Both the position numbers and the translations under genes were made by a program. Of a DNA stretch of 64,000 bases, positions 28,901 to 38,592 are shown one piece after another (the stretch's first letter is position 1; each line of letters opens with the position of its first letter). The DNA comes from Candidatus Pacearchaeota archaeon (GTDB lineage: Archaea > Nanobdellota > Nanobdellia > Pacearchaeales > GW2011-AR1). Location: positions 33,876-97,875 of the forward strand of contig JAWCQN010000001.1 in the NCBI GenBank assembly GCA_038869755.1, read 5' to 3'. Under the pieces are notes generated by a model, which worked only from the letters and a program-made list of their open reading frames with translations, ran no database searches and had not been told where the DNA came from.

Positions 28901-29369
28901 TATTTCTTATACACATGAAACAAATGATTTTAATGAGGGTGTTTTATGTTCTTCTTATAAGAAAATACCTACAATGCAAGAGAAAGTTGAAAGAGAAATG
29001 GAATTGGTAAAAAAATTAAGGTCTGTTGATTCTTCGGATGTTGCACGTTTGATAATAGAGAGGCATTTCATAAGAGATATTAGAGGTAATTTAAGAAAAT
29101 TTTCTATGCAGGGTTTTAGATGTGTAAAATGCAATGAAAAATTTAGAAGACCTCCTCTTCAAGGAACATGTCTTAAGTGTGGAGGCAGAATAATTTTTAC
29201 AATTTCAGAAGGAGGAATTATAAAATATCTGGAACCGGCCTTAAATTTGGCAAAATCTTATGATATCCCTGTTTATGTTAAACAAAATATTGAACTGACT
29301 AAAAAGTATATAGAAAGCATTTTTGGAAGGGAAGAGACTAAACAGACTCAACTTGAACAATGGTTTTGA
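25902..29369 (+). CDS. DNA polymerase II (PolD) large subunit DP2
   Basis: 1150-aa protein with the DP2 catalytic region and Cys clusters (CEVCNNET...CEKCG, CVKCNEKFRRPPLQGTCLKCGG). Start set at the Met overlapping the DP1 stop (ORF open from 25881). Confidence 0.9.
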   Translation: MQTEKYFHELEKEIKRNYKIAEEARKKGLDPVDFVEVPLAHNLAEKSVGLISSLYPQLNDKKIVNRIVELEKEYGRLDVSVCLKIAEEIAKEKFCKFKSHLEAIEAGIRVGFAYITLGVVSSPIEGFTFLKIGKTEKGKEYFIPYFSGPLRSAGGTGATYSLMIIDHLREVFGYSKYDPNEKEVKRAVTEIFDFHERVTNLQYLPAVEEIEFLVRNLPIQIAGEPSENIEVSNYKDLPRIDTNYLRSGVCLMIAEGIAQKAPKALRVLKGLRKNGFKLSDWDFLEGYCKIHEKSKSGEKDLVATYIKDIVAGRPIFGHPSKSGGFRFRYGRSRVSGFSGTSIHPATMAISDSFLAIGTQLKLEKPSKGCAISVCDSIDGPIVKLNDGSVKRISDYHEAKKLSKDVSEILYFGDLLFPFGDVVNRNSLLLKPGYVEEWWSLELEKAGQMVKNIYDVGFDEAVNLSKQFCLPLYPKYIFFWSQITYKDLLELLRWMSYARLNGKIILPYSHLEAEKFKEGKRVLELLGVEHYIWVENVIISPIDSKALFVNLGLDLEYLDKENYFIEDEINKIADKVLSYEEKDVLKIINSLSHFVIKDKAGDFIGARMGRPEKAKLRKLTGSPHVLFPVGEEGGRFRSIQEACLKEGVVSDFPLFFCEVCNNETIYPSCEKCGKKTKKMYYCRQCLKKLSQEKCEEHGTGTGFYKRRININDYFNHSLKLLNLGSGEIPGLIKGVRGTSSEDHAVESLAKGIIRAKFNLHVNKDGTIRYDMTELPITHFKPKEIGISIEKAKELGYTKDFCGNPLVGEDQILELMPHDIILPCCPESGDEKADEVFVAVAHFMDFLLKNFYYLDSFYNIKKKEDLIGHLMVCMAPHNCAGVISRIIGFSKTQGLLASPYMHAAMRRDCDGDEAACMMLLDVLINFSRKYLPSHRGGTQDAPLVLNGRIVAGEVDDQILDFEVVSRYPLELYEKAEQRAHSSEVKIEMVKDLLRKSLDPFKNISYTHETNDFNEGVLCSSYKKIPTMQEKVEREMELVKKLRSVDSSDVARLIIERHFIRDIRGNLRKFSMQGFRCVKCNEKFRRPPLQGTCLKCGGRIIFTISEGGIIKYLEPALNLAKSYDIPVYVKQNIELTKKYIESIFGREETKQTQLEQWF

Positions 29370-29459
29370 GTTTTAGAACAAGCCAGTAATTACTAAATAG
29401 GATTTTTTTTATCAGTTTTATTTTTTACTTGTAACAATTTTAGATGACCGCTTTTTATT

Positions 29460-30653
29460 TTATATTAAATAAAACAAGATTACTGGAACGACCAAACACC
29501 CCATTAAGTTAATTCTCCTTACTCCTGTTAAAATACCATAAAGTCCCGTGGCTGTTGATACAATGTATATAAAAAAACCTAAAAATCCAGAGAATAAGAA
29601 TACTATAACGGAAATTATCCCTAAAACAACAATAGAGAGTCTTGTATAATTATATTTACTTATAATTTTTGAAAAAAATTTTCCAAGGAACAATGTCCAA
29701 TAAAAACAAATAATCCCTACTAAAATTATTGTAACTATTATTGTTAATATGTTATTTAATGTTAGTTCATTTATTATTTTATTTAGGGCTACAGCCATGC
29801 CTGTTCTTTTTCTTTCAATAGAATACAAGACTATGAAACTTAATCCTAAAACTATTGTATTAACAGCACCTAAAAGTACAAGAAATTGTTCTCTCGACAT
29901 TTCTTTTATGGAAGATGCAAGAACAGCAGCCTGTCCACTACCAACACCAGGAAGAAAACTTGTTATTGGTGCTGTAAATGTTGAAGCTATTAGTGGAGGT
30001 ATTAGTGTCTTTTTATCTATTTTATATCTCTTTATGGTTTGTTTTGGAATTTTGGTTTTTGTTTTTATGCTTATTATCAGAGAAGATGCTCCAAATAACC
30101 CTGAAAGCATCGGAAGAAAAGGTTCTTGAATGTTTGAATTGAATACAGCCATCCCTAAAAAACCAGAAAGTATAAAGACAAATAGCGCATATAATTTATT
30201 TTTTTCTTTAAGTATTAAGAGCATACTTAATGTTATTAGTAAGTAAGGTATAAGGATTTTTATTGTTGTCTCAAATTTCGGAAGTGCAATAATAAATATA
30301 GGCGAGATAAGCATTATAATGAAAACAGCTCCAATGCTTCCATAAGTGGATAAAATGATTGCTTTATATCCCTCTCCATTTTTCAATAGCTCATGCCCTG
30401 GCAAAATAGATAAAACACTATCTTCATCAGGAGCTCCAAGAAAAATACTTGGTATAAAATCTATGAAAGTATGTGTTATGGCCATTGATACTATAAATAT
30501 TCCAATTGTAATCGGAGAAAAGAATTCAAGTAATGCAACAGAGACAGTTATCAACAACGCTCCAATCAAATTAATGTGTATTCCCGGTATTAAGCCTGTT
30601 AAGGTTCCTATTAAAATTCCAATAAATAATGCAAGGATTAGTTCTGCTAACAT
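29460..30653 (-). CDS. Polytopic membrane protein, possibly TctA/DUF112-like
   Basis: About 10 TM helices. PGVGSGQAAVLASSI-type motif. Family assignment is tentative. Confidence 0.4.
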   Translation of the reverse strand: MLAELILALFIGILIGTLTGLIPGIHINLIGALLITVSVALLEFFSPITIGIFIVSMAITHTFIDFIPSIFLGAPDEDSVLSILPGHELLKNGEGYKAIILSTYGSIGAVFIIMLISPIFIIALPKFETTIKILIPYLLITLSMLLILKEKNKLYALFVFILSGFLGMAVFNSNIQEPFLPMLSGLFGASSLIISIKTKTKIPKQTIKRYKIDKKTLIPPLIASTFTAPITSFLPGVGSGQAAVLASSIKEMSREQFLVLLGAVNTIVLGLSFIVLYSIERKRTGMAVALNKIINELTLNNILTIIVTIILVGIICFYWTLFLGKFFSKIISKYNYTRLSIVVLGIISVIVFLFSGFLGFFIYIVSTATGLYGILTGVRRINLMGCLVVPVILFYLI

Positions 30654-31114
30654 TTATTGAGTAATTTGGTTTCTAATATACAACCATTTACTATCAAACT
30701 TAATTCTTTTGCTCTTTCTTCTTCTAAAACATTTTTAGCTTGATGGCTTATGTAATATTTTTTTATACTTCCTGTTTTTAATATTCTGCATTCTCCACAT
30801 TGATTTCCACATTTATATTTTAGGGTTTTATCATTGTTTATTATCAAATCCAATGTTTTTATATCAAAATTATCTTCAGACGTTCTTTCCAAAGTTATTT
30901 CTATTTCATTTGTTTCTTGGTTTATGCAGGCATTATATATTCTCACAACTTTATTGAATTGAAGAATCGGACACGATTCTTCTGGAGAGAAGGCAGGGTT
31001 ATTAATTATTTTAAATAACGACATTGAAATAAGGAGTATAGAAGCTAAAATAAGCAAAACTATTATCATGTTTCCTATCAAGTTAGATAACCCCTTTTTA
31101 TTTACTCTAAACAT
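30647..31114 (-). CDS. Exported protein (N-terminal TM anchor), Cys-containing
   Basis: N-terminal hydrophobic helix. CGNQCGEC motif. Confidence 0.4.
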   Translation of the reverse strand: MFRVNKKGLSNLIGNMIIVLLILASILLISMSLFKIINNPAFSPEESCPILQFNKVVRIYNACINQETNEIEITLERTSEDNFDIKTLDLIINNDKTLKYKCGNQCGECRILKTGSIKKYYISHQAKNVLEEERAKELSLIVNGCILETKLLNKC

Positions 31115-32223
31115 GGTCTTGCTCCAATATCAAATAAATTTATTTCTCCAATTTTATTTTCATTTAAGTTTATTTCTAATGTTTTTGAATTTGGAATCTC
31201 AGGAACCCTAAGGAAGAAGCTTCTTTCCTGCAAATAAGTTTCTCCATTTATTTCGTAATTCATTGCCGGATCCTCTCCCGGAGAATCTGTAAAAATTAAT
31301 TCAGGATTAAATTCTGTTCCGTGTATTTCCGAGTTGTCTGTTTTAATTATTTTGTATGTAAATGGGCCGGCGCCATTATCTCCAAAACACCCGTTTTCAA
31401 TTGACTTATGGATTAATTTAATTTTATTATCCTCATATTTTGCCTCAATTAAATAATAATTTTCTCTTGAACAATCTTTTTCTTGACCAGAGATAACTCT
31501 TCCTGTAGTCTTTGTTTCATTTTTTCTATTTATTTTTTCCAACAGAAGTCTTTCATTATATGCTCCATATTTATTTGAGGATAAAGTCCTCATAACCCCA
31601 TTTTCTATAGACCTGTACGCATCACTTTTTGAACACTCTTTATAACAACCATCTTTTGGCTCTCCAAATTCTTTACATGAAAATAAGCAATTTTTGGACC
31701 CCTTTGGTATCTGGGCAGGAACGTATTCCTCTGCAAAATTTGCGAATGAATGTCCGAATTCATGGGAAAACACAGATAATGGATGGTTTGTATTTATGCT
31801 TAATACATTCATATAAGAAGAACTTCTTATTACTCTTTCTTCTTTTTTAAGTATAACAATGTAGTCATTGGGACAGGAAGAAGCCTTTTTTAATACCTCT
31901 TTTGAATAACATAATATGGCTATACCTTTATATATCTCGCAATCAGGAATAAAACTATCAATATAATAAACATTAAAATATTTTTTATTTTCATTAAAAG
32001 GGTTTGTTTGAAAGAAAAAATCCGAGTACCTTTTTGCATCTTCCTTAGTAGAAAAAAAGAGGATATTGAAAGCATTTTCTCCATTATAAACTATGTTTTT
32101 ACACTCTTCTAAAGAAGTATTTTTTGGGCTGTAACTGGTTTTTTGTGTGATTGCAATAAATATCGCAAATAAGATAATTACAATTGACGATAACACTATT
32201 ATGAGTAAAATTTTTTTGTCCAT
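31102..32223 (-). CDS. Exported putative zinc metalloprotease (HExxH)
   Basis: N-terminal TM. FSHEFGHSF zincin motif followed downstream by Glu-containing AEEY. Confidence 0.5.
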   Translation of the reverse strand: MDKKILLIIVLSSIVIILFAIFIAITQKTSYSPKNTSLEECKNIVYNGENAFNILFFSTKEDAKRYSDFFFQTNPFNENKKYFNVYYIDSFIPDCEIYKGIAILCYSKEVLKKASSCPNDYIVILKKEERVIRSSSYMNVLSINTNHPLSVFSHEFGHSFANFAEEYVPAQIPKGSKNCLFSCKEFGEPKDGCYKECSKSDAYRSIENGVMRTLSSNKYGAYNERLLLEKINRKNETKTTGRVISGQEKDCSRENYYLIEAKYEDNKIKLIHKSIENGCFGDNGAGPFTYKIIKTDNSEIHGTEFNPELIFTDSPGEDPAMNYEINGETYLQERSFFLRVPEIPNSKTLEINLNENKIGEINLFDIGARPCLE

Positions 32224-32256
32224 TTTATTAAGATAGGAGTTATTGGTATTTAATTA

Positions 32257-32598
32257 TTAGTATTTATATACCTTTATTATTTCTGCCCGGACTTCCAATC
32301 CTTCAGCGTATTCAATAACTTTCCCGATTACTTCAATAGTTTCGTTATTTTTAATATCCGGACAATTACAGGTAACTTTAATTTTTCCGGTTTCGTCACT
32401 TAAACTAAAAATCGTAAAGTTATTTTTATTTACAATCATATTATCTGGCTTTCCAACAATTTTGATTGATTTATGAAGTAGGTTTTCATTTATATCAGAT
32501 ACCTTGTTTATTTCATTTTCTCTTAAATTATTTAGGGCAAGCAAAATAATTATTCCTGTCATACTTATTAGTAGGGATATTTTTGAAATTTTGTCCAT
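32257..32598 (-). CDS. Exported OB-fold (BOF/tRNA_anti-like) protein
   Basis: N-terminal TM/signal. FTIFSLSDETGKIKVTCN... is OB-fold-like. Confidence 0.4.
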   Translation of the reverse strand: MDKISKISLLISMTGIIILLALNNLRENEINKVSDINENLLHKSIKIVGKPDNMIVNKNNFTIFSLSDETGKIKVTCNCPDIKNNETIEVIGKVIEYAEGLEVRAEIIKVYKY

Positions 32599-32647
32599 TA
32601 TCTAAATTTATAGAAACATTTAATAATAAAATTTCTCTTTTTTTGAA

Positions 32648-33667
32648 ATGGACCTTGAAAAAAAATTTAAGCTTATTAAAAGAAATACAGAAGAGATTAT
32701 ATCAGAAGAAGAACTTAGAAATTTACTAACTAAGAAAAATAAACCTGTTGTGTATCTTGGTACTGCTATTACCGGCAGACCACATGTAGGTTATTTTGTT
32801 TGGGTATTAAAACTAAGTGACTTTTTAAAAGCCGGATTTAAAGTTAAAATTTTGCTGGCAGATTTACATGGAGCTTTAGATAATACTCCTTGGCCTGTTT
32901 TGGAACAAAGATACAAATACTACTTAAAAACCATTCCTTTAATGTTTGAGGCTCTTGGAATTAACCCAAAAGATTTAGAATTTATAAAAGGAAGCGAGTT
33001 TCAGTTAAAACCGGAATATATGTATGATTTACTTCAATTGGCGACATTCAATTCCATAAATGATACAAGAAAGGCTGCCTCTGAAGTTGTTAAGTTTGGG
33101 GATAACCCGAAACTTTCTGGATTGATATATCCTATAATGCAGGCTCTTGATGAGGTATATCTTAATGCTGATGTCCAGTATGGTGGAATTGATCAGAGAA
33201 AAATACTTATGTTTGCCCGAGAGAATCTTCCAAAATTAGGCTATGATCCAAGGGTTGAGGTTATGACGCCATTAATTCCAGGACTTGTTGGAAAGAAAAT
33301 GTCAGCTTCTGATAATAAATCTAAAATAGATTTGTTGGATAGTGAGGAAGAAGTTTTCAGGAAGGTTAAAAATGCTGAATGTATTGAAGGGAATCCTGAT
33401 AACGGGATTATGGCCTTTTTAAAATATGTTATCATGCCATTAAAATCTGATAATAATAAAAAATTTATAGTTAAAAGGGACAAAAAATTTGGAGGAAATT
33501 TATCATACGAATCTTATTTTGAAATAGAAAAAGATTTTATATCTAAAAAATTACATCCATTAGACCTGAAAAATACAGTTGCTACAGAAATAAATTTCAT
33601 GTTAAATGTTTTTAGGAAAAATAAAAAAGTTCTTGAAAGTTTATCCAAGGAAGCATATCAAAATTAA
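32648..33667 (+). CDS. tyrS: Tyrosyl-tRNA synthetase (archaeal type)
   Basis: HVGYF (HIGH-class motif), KMSAS (KMSKS variant), GGIDQR. Confidence 0.85.
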   Translation: MDLEKKFKLIKRNTEEIISEEELRNLLTKKNKPVVYLGTAITGRPHVGYFVWVLKLSDFLKAGFKVKILLADLHGALDNTPWPVLEQRYKYYLKTIPLMFEALGINPKDLEFIKGSEFQLKPEYMYDLLQLATFNSINDTRKAASEVVKFGDNPKLSGLIYPIMQALDEVYLNADVQYGGIDQRKILMFARENLPKLGYDPRVEVMTPLIPGLVGKKMSASDNKSKIDLLDSEEEVFRKVKNAECIEGNPDNGIMAFLKYVIMPLKSDNNKKFIVKRDKKFGGNLSYESYFEIEKDFISKKLHPLDLKNTVATEINFMLNVFRKNKKVLESLSKEAYQN

Positions 33668-33979
33668 AAAAATCGCTATAGGAGTTTAATTTAATGGATA
33701 AACCCGTTCTATCTGAAAAATATTTCAAAAAAGATGGGTTAAATGAACGAGAATGATTGTTCCACCAAAAAAATTGTGAAATGGATTTCCCAGATAAAAA
33801 ATGGATATGAAGATATTAATGGATATGAAGATATTACTTATGTAAAAAGATCCAACCTCAAAAATTCAAGGCTCAAAAGAATGGGTCGGGTAAAATATTT
33901 GGTATAGTTTAATAAAAGTGATAAAATTATGTTGTAACTTTAGTCTCTACAAAATTAAAAAAAAAGAAAAATTAAAAAT

Positions 33980-34330
33980 TTAGTTTTTTGCTAATGAAAA
34001 GACATTCTTTACTGCCACTACTATTACTGCTGGCACAAAAATAGCCAATAATGCTTCAAGGACTCCGCTTAATTGCGAGACTGTTTCCATTGCACTTTTT
34101 CCAAATTGGCTTGCAATTATCAAGACAGTTCCAGACATCAAAAAAGGCCCTGATTCATCATGTCCAACATTCAAGAATCCTGCTATTAGACCGATTATTA
34201 CCAGAATATAGACTATTCCTTCTGTTAATCCACCAAATAGCCCGAATCCAAGAACGAAAGCAACAATTACTGCTATTAAAAATGCCCAGTTGCCTATCAT
34301 CCTCATTGTGTTCTTAGATGATTTTGCCAT
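33980..34330 (-). CDS. Hypothetical membrane protein (3-4 TM)
   Basis: Hydrophobic 116-aa ORF. Confidence 0.4.
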   Translation of the reverse strand: MAKSSKNTMRMIGNWAFLIAVIVAFVLGFGLFGGLTEGIVYILVIIGLIAGFLNVGHDESGPFLMSGTVLIIASQFGKSAMETVSQLSGVLEALLAIFVPAVIVVAVKNVFSLAKN

Positions 34331-34411
34331 TTTTTACCTCCTTTCACATTATATTTTATTATATATATTAAATAGCATATATTAAGGTTTCGGTTTTTAT
34401 CACCCTTCTAT

Positions 34412-35326
34412 TTATCTTGTTTTGAATTCGACTATATCTTTATCCTTTATTTCATGATTAAATCCAACTTTTTGGTTCGGAAATTTGCTTGAAGGTCCCC
34501 AGATATGTATTTCTTTTATTGATTTTAAAAAATTTTTCCCTATTTTCTCTGCAACATCTTTTATTAGTGCAGGAGATTTTATTGTTAATGGTATTTGTCC
34601 CGGAGATTTTCCGGGCTCTTTAAGGTAAACTCTTATTATATTAAAACTTGAAAATATTTTTTCCTTTAATTCTTCAATTCCCTCTTTTGTTAATGTAGAA
34701 ACCATTACAAAATTCATCTTTTTGCTTTTTAATGTTTCTGATAATTTTCTTTTTTCATTTTCACTTATGAGATCTATTTTGTTTAATACAATTATCTTTT
34801 TTCCATGTGTTTTTTCCAGGAAGATTTCACTTTCTTTTATTTCGTTTAGGTTTGTTATGACTATTAATATCAAATCAGTATTATTTAATATGCCCACATC
34901 AAAATTTTCATTCTTGAAACTTGGTTCGTCAATTATCTGAAATTTAACACCTCCATACTCCATTGTCCCAATTTCAGGGTTGTTGGTTGAATATGGATAT
35001 TCTGTAATTACAGGTTTGGCATTTGTCAGTACGCTTAATAATGAAGATTTTCCTGAGTTGGTGAAACCAACTAATACTACTTGCATCTCGCCCTTTTTTA
35101 TTCCCGGTTTATTTGAAGTTTTTTTTGATTTTTTTATTCTTTCAATCTTTTCCAGTAATTTTATGCGCCTTGTTTTTAAGTTGGCCAGCATTTTTTCGGC
35201 CGATTTATGTTTTGGACACTCTTTAATCATTTCATCAAGCCAGTAGAGTTTCTCATTATCATTCTGGGCATTTAAGTATTTCTCTTCGGCTTTTTTGTAA
35301 AATGGAGATTGGTTTGTGGATGCCAT
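34412..35326 (-). CDS. Predicted GTP-binding protein
   Basis: G1 VVLVGFTNSGKSSLL, G2-like T, G3 IIDEPS, NKID. N-terminal helical domain. Confidence 0.55.
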   Translation of the reverse strand: MASTNQSPFYKKAEEKYLNAQNDNEKLYWLDEMIKECPKHKSAEKMLANLKTRRIKLLEKIERIKKSKKTSNKPGIKKGEMQVVLVGFTNSGKSSLLSVLTNAKPVITEYPYSTNNPEIGTMEYGGVKFQIIDEPSFKNENFDVGILNNTDLILIVITNLNEIKESEIFLEKTHGKKIIVLNKIDLISENEKRKLSETLKSKKMNFVMVSTLTKEGIEELKEKIFSSFNIIRVYLKEPGKSPGQIPLTIKSPALIKDVAEKIGKNFLKSIKEIHIWGPSSKFPNQKVGFNHEIKDKDIVEFKTR

Positions 35327-35445
35327 GCAAGTCTAACTGGTTTTTTATTTATCAATTTTTTCTTTTGGGTTTTATGCCAAATTTTTATAAGAGTTTTATA
35401 AAAGGGCATAGTTAGCTTTAAAAATAAAGCTATGTTTTTATAAAA

Positions 35446-36633
35446 ATGATCCAAAGAAAAGTTCTCAATAATGGCATGACTCTTGTTTACAAAGAAAGAA
35501 AAAACAAGGTTGTAAGTGTTGCCTTTGCAGTCAGGTTTGGTGGAATGAATGAAAAAAAAGAACATAAGGGAATTGCACATTTTATTGAACATATGTTGTA
35601 TAAAGGCACTCCGACAAGAAATTCCCAGGAAATTTCAATAGAGATTGAAAGAAACGGAGGAATATTGAATGGATTTACAGCCGAACAGGTTACGGCTTAC
35701 TGGTGTAAGATGCCTTATAGGCATTTAGATGTTGCTCTTGATGTTTTGTCAGATATGGTTAAGAATCCCTTATTTGATCCCAAAGAAGTAGCTAAGGAAA
35801 GGCAGGTAATTTTTGAAGAAATGAAAATGTATCAGGATAACCCAAAGATGCATGTATTTGATAAAATAAAATCTTTAATGTATAAAGGAGATTTTGCAAT
35901 CCCGATTATAGGAACCAAGGAGTCCATGAACTCAAATACAAAGGAAAGGCTTCAAGAATTTTTTGATAGGATTTATGTTCCGGAAAATATGGTTTTGTGT
36001 GTTGTTGGCGATGCTGATTTTTATAAGTTATGCAGTTATGTAGAGGAAAACTTCAAAAAATCTGGAAAAAAGGCAAGTTATCCAAAAATAAGGTTAAATA
36101 ACGGGGAACTAATTGAAAAAAGAAAAGGGATTGATCAGGCTAATCTTGTCTTTGCTTACCATGTTCCATTGGATAAAAAATCAAATTATATCGCAGAGGT
36201 ATTAAGTGTTTTAATGGCCGGAGGTATGTCTTCAAGGCTTTTTTCCGAAATAAGAGAAAAAAGGAATATGGCATATGCAGTAAAAGGAAGCCACGAATCT
36301 GAGGGCAATTATGCATTTAACCAAATATATATTGGAACAACTCCTGATAATGTATCAAAAGTAAAAAAATTAATTCTAAAGGAGTTTGATAAGGTATCTA
36401 AAAGCCTTGAAGAAAAGGAGTTAAATAGCGTTAAAGAACAGATAATTGGCAATTATTTTATTTCACAAGAAGATTCTCATAATGTAATGATAGATTTACT
36501 GGTTTCTGAAATAAAAGGCGATGCCAAGGAATCTGAAAAATATATAGAGAATATAAGGGCTGTAAAGCTTGAAGATGTTAAGAGAATGGCGAAAATAAAA
36601 AATTATAGTTTTTTTGCCCTTGTTCCTGAATAA
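35446..36633 (+). CDS. M16-family (insulinase/pitrilysin-like) zinc peptidase
   Basis: Inverted zinc motif HFIEHMLYKGT (HxxEH) and a downstream Glu. Confidence 0.8.
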   Translation: MIQRKVLNNGMTLVYKERKNKVVSVAFAVRFGGMNEKKEHKGIAHFIEHMLYKGTPTRNSQEISIEIERNGGILNGFTAEQVTAYWCKMPYRHLDVALDVLSDMVKNPLFDPKEVAKERQVIFEEMKMYQDNPKMHVFDKIKSLMYKGDFAIPIIGTKESMNSNTKERLQEFFDRIYVPENMVLCVVGDADFYKLCSYVEENFKKSGKKASYPKIRLNNGELIEKRKGIDQANLVFAYHVPLDKKSNYIAEVLSVLMAGGMSSRLFSEIREKRNMAYAVKGSHESEGNYAFNQIYIGTTPDNVSKVKKLILKEFDKVSKSLEEKELNSVKEQIIGNYFISQEDSHNVMIDLLVSEIKGDAKESEKYIENIRAVKLEDVKRMAKIKNYSFFALVPE

Positions 36634-36707
36634 GGTGTTTTTGGTATTTTCTCCTATATTTGTTTTAAGAAATAAAGATATAAAAACATTCTTTTTTTAA
36701 GTCTTTA

Positions 36708-37502
36708 ATGATTATTGTCAAAGTACCAATAGAAAATAGCCATGATAGTAATGGTTGCAGAAAGGCAGGCAATGAAATTATCAATAAAATTCCTAACAAG
36801 TTCATTAATGAATCAAAAAAAATTATCGAAAAGCCAAATCTTTTATTTGAAGAAATACATTTAGATAATGCCAATCTTTCCCAAGCCAATGATTTAATCT
36901 ATAAAAATTCTCTTGATATTATAAGTGGAAATGAGAAATCTATTTTCATTGGCGGAGATCATTCAAAATCCTTTTCAATAGGGAAGGCATTTATAGATGT
37001 TTGCAGAAGAGAGGGCCACGAACCTTTTTTGATTGTATTTGATGCTCATGCAGATTGTTGTAAATATACTAATGGGCATCCAAATAATATCCAATGGCTT
37101 AGGGCTTTGATAGATAACAACTTCCCGAAAGATAAGGTAATTTTGATTGGATTAAGAAGTTATAGTGAAGATGAAATTTCTTATCTTGGTGAAAATATGA
37201 TAAGAAGATATGAAATGAAAGATATGCTTGATATCCAAGAAATATGTGATATTGTAATGGAGCTGTCAAGGAAATTTTATATTTATCTGTCTATAGATAT
37301 AGATGTTGTTGATTCTGCATTTGTTCCTGGTACTTTTAGAAGAGAGTCTGGTGGAATGACTTCCCGCCAGCTTATTTATTTTGTCCAGAGGCTGAATCTT
37401 TTAAAAAATTTAAGAGTTATTGATTTAAGTGAAATAAATCCCGATTTGGAAAATGATGTAACTGTTTCCTTGGGAGCAAAGATAGTTACGGAATTCATAT
37501 AA
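36708..37502 (+). CDS. Arginase/agmatinase-family ureohydrolase
   Basis: GGDHS, DAHAD, SIDIDVVD manganese-binding motifs. Confidence 0.75.
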   Translation: MIIVKVPIENSHDSNGCRKAGNEIINKIPNKFINESKKIIEKPNLLFEEIHLDNANLSQANDLIYKNSLDIISGNEKSIFIGGDHSKSFSIGKAFIDVCRREGHEPFLIVFDAHADCCKYTNGHPNNIQWLRALIDNNFPKDKVILIGLRSYSEDEISYLGENMIRRYEMKDMLDIQEICDIVMELSRKFYIYLSIDIDVVDSAFVPGTFRRESGGMTSRQLIYFVQRLNLLKNLRVIDLSEINPDLENDVTVSLGAKIVTEFI

Positions 37503-37544
37503 CAAAACATTTATTAGCAAGTATATTTTATTTATCTTATTAAA

Positions 37545-38105
37545 ATGAGAGTTTTTATATCTATAGATCTGCCAGAAAGAATCAAAAATGATTTGATTTT
37601 GATTCAGAAAGAAATTGACAAGCTTGGTTTGATAAGGGGGAAGTTCATAGAACCAGAGAATATTCATTTAACTTTGAAATTTTTGGGAGAGATAAGTGAA
37701 AGCGAACTTAGGGCTGTTCAAGATAAATTATCTGGTTTTAGGTTTAAGAAATTTAATATCTCCCCTGACAAGCTTGGTGTGTTTTCAGAGAATTTTGTAA
37801 GAATTATATGGGTAAGTATTAAGGGTGAAGGCTTGTTTGGGCTGCAGAAAAATATTGATAGTCTTTTGGAGGATATTTTTCCAAAAGAATACCATTTTAT
37901 GGCACATATAACTCTTGCAAGGCCCAAGTTTGTTGAAGATAGAAGGATGTTACTTGATGAACTTGAAAAAATCAAAATTCCAAACCATAGTTTTCAGGTG
38001 AATAGGATTTTTATCAAGGAATCGAGACTGACAAAAAGAGGTCCTGTCTATAGGACATTAAATGTGTTAAATTCTATAGAAGAAGAGCCAGAAATAGCTG
38101 TTTAG
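37545..38105 (+). CDS. thpR: RNA 2',3'-cyclic phosphodiesterase / 2'-5' RNA ligase (ThpR/LigT, 2H family)
   Basis: Two H-x-T/S-x motifs (HLTLKFLG and HITLAR). Confidence 0.8.
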   Translation: MRVFISIDLPERIKNDLILIQKEIDKLGLIRGKFIEPENIHLTLKFLGEISESELRAVQDKLSGFRFKKFNISPDKLGVFSENFVRIIWVSIKGEGLFGLQKNIDSLLEDIFPKEYHFMAHITLARPKFVEDRRMLLDELEKIKIPNHSFQVNRIFIKESRLTKRGPVYRTLNVLNSIEEEPEIAV

Positions 38106-38223
38106 ACACGGTTATTTTTGAAATATAATATAAAAAGATTTTATCTATTTATAAGATTTTTGTATTTTTACCTATATTTTTCCGGATAGATTTTTTTTTA
38201 AACCCCAATTTCTTTTTTGTATT

Positions 38224-38568
38224 TTGATGAGCAGCTTAGAAAAAAGAGGAAATAAACCTGTTTATGATTTGGATTCATTCTCAAAAAATATTTTTGATGA
38301 GTTTTGTTTATGTCTCTCAAATCCTGATATTGCCCGAAGATTTGATGGAATAATCTTGTATGGTTTAGATGACTTTTATACTTTAAATTATATAAGGGAA
38401 AAAGTCTCCGGATTTTTAAATGAACAAAATCTTGATTATCTTGTTATAGCTTCCCCTTCTCTTCCAGAAGATTTTCCAACCCTTCACCATAAAAGTAACA
38501 ACAACAAATATCAATTAGTGGATGTTGGCTGGTTTGTTAAACAAGGATGGTTGAAAATGTACCGGTAA
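38224..38568 (+). CDS. Hypothetical protein
   Basis: 114-aa ORF with no motif. Confidence 0.3.
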   Translation: MMSSLEKRGNKPVYDLDSFSKNIFDEFCLCLSNPDIARRFDGIILYGLDDFYTLNYIREKVSGFLNEQNLDYLVIASPSLPEDFPTLHHKSNNNKYQLVDVGWFVKQGWLKMYR

Positions 38569-38592
38569 ATTATATTTAATTCTAACTCAATA

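Noticed and set aside
33800-33850. Short direct repeat ATGGATATGAAGATATTA x2 in the tyrS downstream intergenic region
   Set aside because: Only two copies of 18 bp with no associated ORF or structure. It is likely a chance duplication in AT-rich DNA.
36665-36889. ORF 36665-36889 (-) and the 5' extension of the arginase-family ORF at 36708
   Set aside because: The minus-strand ORF overlaps the N-terminal region of the well-supported ureohydrolase gene and is hydrophobic low-complexity sequence. The true ureohydrolase start may be downstream of 36708, but this cannot be resolved from sequence alone.
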